The notes under the pieces were generated by a model. The model was not told the origin of the DNA. It saw nothing but the letters and a program-made list of their open reading frames with translations, and did no database searches. A program made the translations under genes and the position numbers. Source: Ruditapes philippinarum (Eukaryota). From it: a stretch of DNA of 64,000 bases. The stretch spans positions 62,001 to 126,000 of the forward strand of contig NW_026856458.1 of NCBI RefSeq assembly GCF_026571515.1, given 5' to 3'. Positions within the stretch are counted from its first letter, which is position 1; each line of letters starts with the position of its first letter. Shown here piece after piece: positions 54,808-64,000 of this stretch.

Positions 54808-54910
54808 CAAAGTTATCTGCATCAAAATCATAAACTGATGAATTATTATCCACTACCTTAGGAGATCCTATTCTCCCAAGATTTATGTTTTTCAAAATAA
54901 GTTTATTCAT
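54808..54910 (-). CDS. Candidate coding exon MNKLILKNINLGRIGSPKVVDNNSSVYDFDADNF + phase-1 donor; product unknown
   Basis: Open from AAA-ATG to G|GTAAGT, with an in-frame stop just upstream; paralog of 48517-48619. Confidence 0.6.
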
Positions 54911-55518
54911 TTTTATTATGTTCACTCACTCCTTTGTTCTTATGTTGGGGTATACATCTTAAAATGTTCATGTGATACGTTTATATCATTTTAAAAATGT
55001 ATTTATAATTACAAATTTAAATCCATTACACTAGTTATGAATTAAGAAACATCCTTAACAAATCTAGATCCACGAGTGTTGCAGGTTTGTTGACTTCGGT
55101 AGTGAGACGTAAATATCCAACTTTTATATAAATATAAACACATATAATAAGTCTGTTATTTAGGGATAATTTTGTTTAAATTTAAATCCCCAAAATTAAA
55201 ACTTGTAAATATCGCCAAATTAAGCAGCAAAGTTTCCGATTATTTTGAATGATTTAACATGATAGCGTATATAACAAAGACTCAAAAATATATTAAATTA
55301 ATCGGCAACCGTCTCTCTCTTATCGCATGTCTTTAAACTACCGTTAACAAACGAACGCATTACGTGCACAACCTAAGCTTATCAAATGAAACTAAAACAG
55401 TATTTCAAAAAGAACGAAAGTTCCTAGAAACAACTCTGTCTAATATAAGGAAGGCCATTTAATGCTTTGTAAGACTGGCAAGAATATGGTTCTTCCTAAA
55501 CCTCGGATATTCTCTCGC

Positions 55519-55551
55519 CAGCTCGTGTTTTCCAATAAGTAAACATCTGCT
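55519..55551. promoter_or_regulatory. 33-bp block identical to 49235-49267
   Basis: Exact match at nearly the same distance from the ATG (609 vs 616 bp). Confidence 0.5.
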
Positions 55552-55699
55552 TAACATTTCGACACATGAGCGGGAAAACCTTTCGATGTATCAAAACAAG
55601 TGTCCATTACATCTCGTTTTATGAATAATACCCAGAAAAGCAGGATTAATAAGTAATGAATATATTATTGTATTTACTTTTCTTTATACACGATATTAA

Positions 55700-55890
55700 G
55701 TGGCGGCGTGCCCGAGTGGTTAACGCGTCGGACTAGTAGTTTAAGGATTGAAAGTCACCTGGGTTAAAACCCCGTCAAGGGCAAGCCGTAGTTTCCGCGA
55801 GCTACATTCATTGCGTAGTACAGGTTGGTCCCAGAAACGGATTCGAGAGTGTTTCCAACTAAATTGAACTAAAATAAATAAGTATAAACT
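55700..55890 (+). mobile_element. tRNA-derived SINE (CORE-like)
   Basis: A-box-like GTGCCCGAGTGGTTAA, degenerate B-box GGGTTAAAACCC, tail AGTACAGGTTGGTCCCAGAAACGGATTCGAGAGTG. Confidence 0.7.
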
Positions 55891-56373
55891 ATTCACGATT
55901 TTCAATAAACTTAAGATAAATTAATATTTGTTAAACATACAGGAAATACATCTTTTGTACAATGAATGTTTATGCAAAGGATAAACTTTTTACTTATTAC
56001 AGTGAACGTTAAAAAATTGGACATTATTTCAATATGTTAATACTTAAATTATGATAAGGTACATATTCGACGCAATTTACATACATGGTTCAAGTTTGTT
56101 ACACGTTTTCCAAATATAAAATTGTTCGCTTGATATATTTCTTTTCATTTCATTCAATGTCGCAGACTTCATTTAATCCCATGCGCGCGCAACTAATTTG
56201 ACTGATAAGAAATTGATACAAGTATTTCGGCTCTTTCATCTTTATCAATCTATCTATTTATATGCAAATATATACTTTTTTCTAATGAATACTTATTAGA
56301 TGAATGAAACAAATAAGTTAATAATGAATGCTTTTAGATTGGTAACCTCAATCACGTATTCTGAAATTTGATA

Positions 56374-56594
56374 TATGAGCCGCGTCACGACAAAACCAAG
56401 ATAGTGCGTTTGCGACCAGCATCCGCGCAGTCTGATCAGGATCCATGCTGTTGGCTTATCAACACTATTACAAGTGGAGAAACTGACAGCGAGCAGCATG
56501 GATCCTGATCAGACTGCGCGGTTGCGCAGGCTGGTCTTGATCCATGCTGGTCGCAAACCCATTATGTTGGTTTTGTCGTGACACGGCTCATATA
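56374..56594. mobile_element. Palindromic MITE
   Basis: ATATGAGCCGCGTCACGACAAAACCAA ... TTGGTTTTGTCGTGACACGGCTCATAT. Confidence 0.9.
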
Positions 56595-56699
56595 TACTTA
56601 ACTGATAAAATAGTCTACGGCGCCGCTCAAAAAGGTAAAATAATTTGCTGGGTAATTATAGGTATTATTGGCTGTACGCTTTAATGACAGAGCATTTAA

Positions 56700-57020
56700 A
56701 TTGAAACGCTGTGTTTTCTAAATATAACAAAACATAAATAGTTTCACAAATGATTCTAGACCTTTTGAAACTGATCGCACAGAATATAAAATGACTTTAT
56801 TGCTTTGAAATTTCCATTTTATTTAGTTCTGCCCATTGTTTTCTTGGCCGTACACACTAATGACAGTGCACGAAAATTTAAACATTGCTTTTTCTTAATA
56901 TAATAAAACATCAAAGTTTCTAAACTGATTCTCAACCTTTTGAAACTGATAGCTCAGAATATAAAATAACTTTATGGCGTAGGAAATCCATTTCCTTTAG
57001 TTCCGCCCATTGTTTTCTTG
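56700..57020. repeat. Local direct duplication (~180 bp, two copies)
   Basis: TGATTCT...CCTTTTGAAACTGAT...CAGAATATAAAAT...TTTAGTTC(T/C)GCCCATTGTTTTCTTG occurs twice. Confidence 0.75.
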
Positions 57021-57252
57021 TTCAAAACTTAGGCTTTCTTTTACTTATGAAACCATATGCCACTTTTCATGGAATGGCACGACAGTGTAACATTAAATGT
57101 TCAATGATATTCGCCGCGTGTTAAAATGTTGAGTTTTGCTTAAGCCGGTGCTAGCGGGCGTGGGCGGTAAATTGCACTTGCCAGTACCGTTCATGAACAA
57201 GCTCCATCAAATCTAGCCTGTAACATTTACAATTTTGTCGTTTTGGGCGTTC
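56996..57252 (-). repeat. Multi-hairpin dispersed element, long copy (orientation B)
   Basis: Colinear with 40048-40345 from TTTAGTTCCGCCCATTG to AACATTT; internal deletion of the ACATC/GATGT hairpin. Confidence 0.85.
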
Positions 57253-58519
57253 AGTTTTTCACATTTTACAATTTTCATTTCTTCTAGGGCATTTGTCTTA
57301 TTTTGTGTAAGTAACGTAAAATCTGTTTAACATCATGCTAACTACGACATGATAAACGCTACTTAATATGGCGGTTTAACATAAAGGGGTGAAGCGCAAA
57401 CGTTAGTTTGTCAAAATTTTATAAAGTTTTATTTTCGGGGAAAACAAAAAAAAAGAAAAGAAAGAAAATAAAAAACCCAAATCATCAACGTAAGCTATTT
57501 TTTTTCACATCGAAAACACACTTAATTTTTTTTTAAAAATTTAATACGCACATCACGTAAAAAACATTAAGGTATGATAAATTAAAGATATTTCTTTGGT
57601 TTTTAATACTGAATATTAAATTTTTATGAAAATTACTGTGAAAAATAAAAAAATTTCTGCTAACGTGCAGACAATTTTCTATTCGGGGGGAAATTTTGAT
57701 TCCAAAAATTCTTTCATTACGCAAACCCCTTTCCCTATCTTTTAATAGAAAGCAAATAATAAACAATTTACGAAAAAGGATTGGATTTCTTGGGTTTTAA
57801 AAATTTTCTTTGAATCACAATATCTTGAGGTCAAGTCATTTATCGTCTTAATTAGTAATTCATGATATTAAGCTTTTTTTGGTACATGAGCACCTTTTTC
57901 TGATTATTTGGGATAATTGTTTAAAGCATTTTTAAATGTCAAAAATTGAGTACTACTCAAGCCGTGTCAAGGATGCGTAAGGGATGTTGCATGTTTTCAT
58001 TATTCATCATTTACAGTCTCATCAAACCGAATATGCATTATTCAGGGGTTTTTGTGTGTGTTTGATGCTTCCGAAGGGGTCACTCTTTCTAGCAAAATAT
58101 ACCGGGAGCTAGATTTGAGAGACATTGTCGATACTTTTTAGATGGACAGTTTGCTCCAATGGCCAAATAATGAGCAATTTCGCTTGCGTTTTATTCTGTT
58201 TGAAACAAAAAAAGGCAATTCTCTATGATTGTAAAAAAAGAATGTTCAACTTGGTAAATTAATTAATTTTATGTGAAATTTTGCATTCAATAAAACTGAA
58301 ATAACAATTGTGATAAATCAAAAGCTAGCTAATAGATGAAACTGGATGTTTCAGCATAATTAAGATTTAATTGCTGACAATTAAATGATTGATAAAAAAC
58401 ACGATGCTTCACGCCACATCAGGTGATAATTTATTTAAAGCATCTGGCATTGCTGCCGATTAGAAATTAAGTTTTCACATTGTTGACTTTACTGCAATTA
58501 ATTTTTAACAAACTGTCGG

Positions 58520-58657
58520 TATATGAGCCGTGCTATGACAAAGCCAACATAATGGGTTTGCGACCAGCATGGATCCTGATCAGACTGCGCGGAGGCTGGT
58601 CTGGATCCATACTGATCGCAAACCCATTATGTTGCTTTTGTCGTGACTCGGCTCATA
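58520..58657. mobile_element. Palindromic MITE, internally deleted
   Basis: ATATGAGCCGTG...GACTCGGCTCATAT; same family as 56374-56594. Confidence 0.85.
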
Positions 58658-58773
58658 TTATTTCTTAAATATATGTGGTTCTACAGCAAACAGAAATAAA
58701 CACTATAAGAACATTGTCAGCTATCCGATAATAACATATTAAATTTTATTTATTTCATGCAAAATCACTGATA

Positions 58774-59425
58774 TTAATTTAAAGTGTCGTATCTATTTTC
58801 AACTATTGTAATACCACCCGATATCGTATCTTTATAATACAGTGCAACCCCTCCACAGGGCCCTTTAGCATTACGATGCTTAAATTTCCTGTAAAAATTA
58901 TGCGTTACATTTCCATTTAAATTTATGTCACTAGTTTTGTGTGCAAATGTTTCAAACAAAAAAATAATATCATGTTTACGAACAATGTTAATAAGTTCAA
59001 TATTTCTCTCTTTGTTTTTTCTAAAACATTTATATTCCAAGAGAGTATTTTTAGTTCATCTCCATCGAATTCCTAGTCTCTGATTGGTTTTCCGTCGATG
59101 TAGAGGGTATCATAGGAATCCATGAAGTATTGCCTTGTTCCCGGGCTGCTTTCATTCTTGGTAAAAGTCTCTTCCTTTTATCGACTACTTCTTTCGGCAG
59201 TTGTTCATTTACGAAGAACGGTGTACCTCTAAGCGTTTTCCATTTTTTCCTTACGAATTCTTTCTTTTTGTAAAGAGTAAACTTTGCTACAATATTGCGA
59301 TATCCGCCATTTCTATGATGTCCCATGCGATGCACTCTTTCAAAAGATAATTGATCAACCTGATCTTGAGCAATTTTCATTTTGTCAACAAGAAATGATC
59401 TCAACTTTACCTCCGTGTCCTCGTT
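58774..59425 (-). mobile_element. LINE fragment: ORF1 C-terminus plus ORF2 APE-endonuclease N-terminus, frameshifted
   Basis: ORF1-type motifs FERVHRMG, NIVAKF, FFVNEQLPKEV..KRKRL, then YDTLYIDGK after a frameshift. Immediately followed by LKILSWNI, DIIFLFET and GGVALYYK, typical of the retroelement APE domain. Confidence 0.9.
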
Positions 59426-60949
59426 TTACATGTAGGTAAATTTTAATGGATCTTTACAGAAATTTCATTCGGATCTATGTGTTATTCATTGTTTATGCGA
59501 ACATAATTATTAAATTGAAAGGATTTATTGCAAAATGAAAACTTGGTTTGATCTTCACCCGTTCAATCACTATTAATTCTTGGATAGGCATAACGTCACT
59601 TTAATTTTCAAGAAAAAGAAAACGCTTGTGAGCTTGTATCAAAAACATTGTAAGACATTTACATTTTTATAGGAAATTACGAGTATGATGACTGATATAA
59701 TCATGTCATATTTTTCCAACTTCTTGCTTTCGCTTTTTCGCCTCGGGACAGCATTAGCAAAATACCATAGACTAGACATGTCGTGTTATTCCTCTTATTT
59801 GTCACGCTTCTTTTGCATTTTGGCATATTTGCTCTTTCTTATCGCTAACTTTATTAATATACGAACATTTAAAACACTGCAGCCTCTGAGACAATATATA
59901 TTCATTATGAAAACGAAACAACGTTTGTGGTAGTTCTAACGTTTATTTAGACAGTTTTATCAATTTGCCTTTTAATCTTTACAGGTTCCTGTTGCACTGT
60001 AGGTTAGAATCCCGACAGGTACTTAAATAGTTTACTTAAGAAATCAATGTGTCCTGCAAATAAAATAAAGATACAACACACCGTACAATCAAATGGGCAG
60101 ACAGCTGTACCAGCGTCCACAGCTGTACCAGTATATACATGTCGGCGCGGGGAATACAAGTGACGTACGATAAGTATTCATCTATTTTTAACATATCCCA
60201 ACTGTGTTCGAGTAAATCAATGTTATAGATTCGTAGTCAACATCCAAAGGAGCATGCTAACAAATTTCTGGCCCTGTGCAAGCTTTACTTCACATGAACT
60301 TTGATTAAAAATAACCACACTATCCGATGAGATGCGGTATTTTTTAGTTTGAAGTCACAAAAACATATGTTTTCTCATGATAATTAATCCTTTTTTCATA
60401 CGATTCGTAAACGTCAACGTTTTGTCATTAAATATTCCAAATCATACCTTCAAAAAAGCTTTTCTGTTAAAGTTATAAGGTATTTAAGTTTGAGTGTCAT
60501 CCAAATTTTAGTAACGTCATCAGCTGTTCGCCTCTTTTTAACGATAACGTCGACAGCAATTCATCGGCAAGGATGAATAACGCTGAAAGCTGTTCAAAGA
60601 AACAATTTTCAGAGCTTTTGTCCTGCAGTCACTAGGAAAAAATAAAAAAATTGTTAATTTAAAATATTACTTTATTCATGATACTTTCTAATTATATTAT
60701 TTTTATTATTACTTTCTATCATTTGTTGTATCTTAGCTGAGAGGCATATATCTCCATTAACCGCACTGTATTTCAATATTGATATTTTTCATATGAATGA
60801 ATGAGTGAGTGAATGAATGAATTAATCAATAAATGAACGAACGAATGAACAAACGAACGAATGATGCAATATACGTATATGTTAAAACAAATTGTCTTTA
60901 GAATGTATATGGGTTGAAATATTCTAAAAATTACATATTATGTTTTCTA

Positions 60950-61055
60950 TTTCAAAAGGCCACATTGGAAATTTGATAAATATGATTGTCATTGTATGTT
61001 AATAATGTATAACCTACTTTAAATAAAGATATTATTTTTATTATTATTATTGTTA

Positions 61056-61124
<69 letters not shown>
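60950..61124 (+). mobile_element. Retroelement 3' tail with (ATT)n
   Basis: TTTAAATAAAGATATT followed by a long (ATT)n tract; absent from the opposite palindrome arm. Confidence 0.55.
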
Positions 61125-61128
<4 letters not shown>

Positions 61129-61591
61129 AAAAGGAAGCAAGATCTATTAATATGTTTCTGAAATGTTAAATTCAAAGAAAGTAAAGGCAAATTTAACGCT
61201 TAATACGAATACTATGTATTATAACTAAATCCATCAAGTGGTATCATAAATAATGGCATATAGTAGACATGTCCCATGCAGTAAATGGATGTGTAACCCG
61301 AGATGTCTGCCATGTAAAATGATTTATTTAAAAAATAAAGTTTGTATAATTTTTAAGAATGGTTATTATTTTTATTGCACTATACATTAATACAGATTTC
61401 AAGGATAAATAACAACATGTTTTTCCATGCACTTTCATAATTTGGGTAACACAGCCATTCACTGCATAGGACTTGTCCATTTTATGAATTATATATAATA
61501 AAACTTGATGGATGCCTTCATTTACAAGACTGAATATTAAGCGTTAAATTTGCCTTTGCCTTTTAACTTAAACATTTCATAAACATATTAC

Positions 61592-61946
61592 AGGAACTCC
61601 ACTGAGGTTTATAAGCCTAAAAACATGAAATTTTATTTTTTTCACATAAAAAACATGAGCACTAAAACATAAATATTAATAAAATATAACCAAGTAATAT
61701 AGGAGTAATACGTTGAAAATCATATGTTTGTGCTATTCTCAGTCCGATTTGCGTGAAAAACGTTTAAAATCTTTTTTTCAATTTTGGGTCATTTTTTCAC
61801 TTTTATAATATTCTGGAAAAACGTAGCAAGCTAATGATCGGAAATTTTGCATATAAGTTATTAGTATAGATCTACATCAAATGGAGAAATAATCTCAAAA
61901 AATTATTTCCAGTCCCGTCATGTCAAAAAACCTTAGTGGAGTCCCT
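61592..61946. mobile_element. MITE at a TTAA target (Kolobok-like)
   Basis: TIRs AGGAACTCCACTGAGGTTT and AAACCTTAGTGGAGTCCCT; flanks TTAC/TTAA. The mirror arm has a single empty TTAA near 61147. Confidence 0.8.
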
Positions 61947-62739
61947 TTAAAAGGTTTAGCTACCGTTTTATATTGAAATACAATCAAGGTCTCTAACCTA
62001 AGATATAACAAATAATAGAAAGTAATAATAAAAAGAATATAATAAGAAAGCATCATAATAAAGTTATATTCTTAATTCTCAAAAAAGTTTTACTCTTTCC
62101 TAGTTACTGTAGGACAAAAGGGCTGTTGTAAATACATGTAATTGTTTCTTTGAACAGCTTTCAGCGTTATTCGCTCTTGCCGATAAATTGCTGTCGATGT
62201 TATCATTAAAAAGAGGCGAACAGCTGATAACGTTACTAAAATTTTGATGACACACAAACTTAAATACCTCATAACTTTAACAGAAAAGCTTTTTTGAAGG
62301 TATGGTTTGGAATATTGAATGAAGAATTGTTGACGTTAACGAATCGTATGAAAAAAGGATTAATTATCATGAGAAAATATATGTTTTTGTGACTTCAAAC
62401 TAAAAATACCGCATCTCATCGGATAGTGTGGTTATTTTCAGTCAAAATTCATGTGAAGTAAAGCTTGCACAGGGCCAGAAATTTGTTAGCATGCTCCTTT
62501 GGATGTTGACTATGAATCCATAACATTGATTTACTCGAACACAGTTGGGATATGTTAAAATAGATGAATATTTATCGTACGTCAATTGTATTCACCGCGC
62601 CGACATGTATATACTGGTACAGCTGTGGACGCTGGAACATCTGTCTGCCCATTTGATTGTACGGTGTGTACAATGAGTTTTTAAAGGAATGGGAATTTCA
62701 TTTTAGTACGATTTGAATGAAAGGAAATTAATCTTGCCG

Positions 62740-63010
62740 TCCCCTTAAGATTGCTAAAGTTCGTTGAATTTAAACCATTTTCCACTCACCGCCGTGGATT
62801 CGAATCACGACATGGACTTTGGATTAAATCATCTGAGGAAGCTATCCAGCTATTTTACGGAACGTCGTTGTTTCTACTCAGATGCCTGCCTGAAATAATG
62901 CACAGAAGGACACCCGAGGTCTTCCCTAATCATTAAAGCTGGAACGTCGCCATACGTCATATATAGTGTCGGTGTGACGTAAAACCCAATTAAACAAACG
63001 ATAAACAAAT
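62740..63010 (+). mobile_element. tRNA-derived SINE (Meta-domain-like)
   Basis: B-box GGATTCGAATC, body GAGGAAGCTATCCAGCT...GAAATAATGCAC...GAGGTCTTCC, tail GACGTAAAACCCAA plus AAAC repeats. Confidence 0.85.
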
Positions 63011-63682
63011 AAAACAAATTTCACAGTATTCAAACCTCTTTTCATATATATATATATATATATAATGTTTCACGTTATTAGATGTGTCATTTTAATATAA
63101 TGATAGTGCCTTACTCAATTTAGGTTTTACAGGAAACAAAGAAGGTGATGTGAATTGCACAAATGATATGTCTGCCAAATAAATCATTAAATAAATAAGT
63201 TAATAAATAAATGAATAAATAAAAATAATCGACTTTATTCTTATATTTTGTTGTCAAGTTGACATGAATTGCTAGATTGCCTATAGTTTTGCCATTCAAT
63301 TCAATGCAATATTTATAGATTTGACTAAAAATGCTTATGGATATAATGAGCATTATTAAAAAAAAGGTTCGAGCAACAAAACAATTATATTTCGAATTTA
63401 CTAGCTGCTTCAGATGATAACTTTTCAGAATATAATTTAAAATATATGTAAAAATTAAAGACTGTCTCACTCTTTTGTCACTTTAATGTTACCAATACTA
63501 TTCTGGAGGTATACCGACATTTTTGTGAGTTACGTTGGATTGAAAAAAAAAAATATAAAATCAAAGATTATAATAATAATTAAAATTATAAGCTGTACTC
63601 TGATCATTATACATGAATGGCATAATGTAACTATATTTTGGAAACATTCATGTTTAGGTTACATTTGCAACAAATAAGTTTT

Positions 63683-64000
63683 CTTTATTACACCCCAACA
63701 AACGATGTTTATGGGTGAAAAGGAGTAAGGTTGTCGGTTGCTCGGTCGTATGAATGGTCTTTCGTCCACATCATGGTTTCCGGACAATAACTAAAGTTGG
63801 GAATGGAGAATTGTAATCAAACTTGGTATATAGCACCCTTATATGAAAACCAAGGTTAGGATTGTGTTTGGACCATCTTGGGTCAAGGTCAAGGTTACCG
63901 TTACCAAAAGTAGAAAAATGGTTACCAGATAATAACTAGACTTAGGAATAACATGTTGAAAACAAACTTAATATATAGCAAGCTTATATCAAGATTCCGG
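63683..64000 (+). mobile_element. HINE-like element (5' part, runs off the window)
   Basis: T-rich start, ACACCCC, degenerate GTCG microsatellite, then core repeats (GGTTTCCGGACAATAACT...AAACTTGGT...GGTCAAGGTCAAGGT). Confidence 0.65.

Larger units (their letters stand above)
60076..62669. repeat. ~2.6-kb fold-back inverted repeat
   Basis: 60076-60640 is the reverse complement of 62095-62669. Weaker pairing continues inward (60660-60780 with 61970-62080; 61125-61300 with 61442-61590 plus 61947-61975). Confidence 0.95.

Noticed and set aside
55700-55785. tRNA gene
   Set aside because: The tRNA-like head has a degenerate T arm and continues into a SINE body.
60952-61140. Poly-isoleucine ORF
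   Set aside because: Translation of an (ATT)n tract.

Overview
AT-rich eukaryotic, almost entirely non-coding DNA. The repeat families (tRNA-derived SINEs, Helentron-type HINEs with GGTCAAAGGTCAAGG cores, palindromic MITEs) look like those of bivalve molluscs; this taxon call is inference. No complete protein-coding gene is recognisable. (1) 1-~26450 is a diverged, hierarchical tandem array of three large units (1-8154, 8155-19804, 19805-~26450). The complete unit is built of two older paralogous halves, and the array holds five conserved TATA/Inr-like promoter modules but no conserved ORF. (2) A ~105-300 bp multi-hairpin element occurs at least 14 times in both orientations. It shows compensatory stem substitutions, and several copies carry a CTCF-like motif. 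(3) Two paralogous, intact 103-nt ATG-to-GTAAGT minus-strand exons (48517-48619, 54808-54910) show a synonymous-substitution signature and share an identical 33-bp upstream block; the ORF track misses them. (4) A 2.6-kb fold-back palindrome (60076-62669) has much better conserved outer arms than inner arms. (5) The rest is ordinary TE debris (a LINE ORF1/ORF2 junction, SINEs, MITEs, HINEs), microsatellites and an assembly gap. All alignments were done by eye, so boundaries are approximate.
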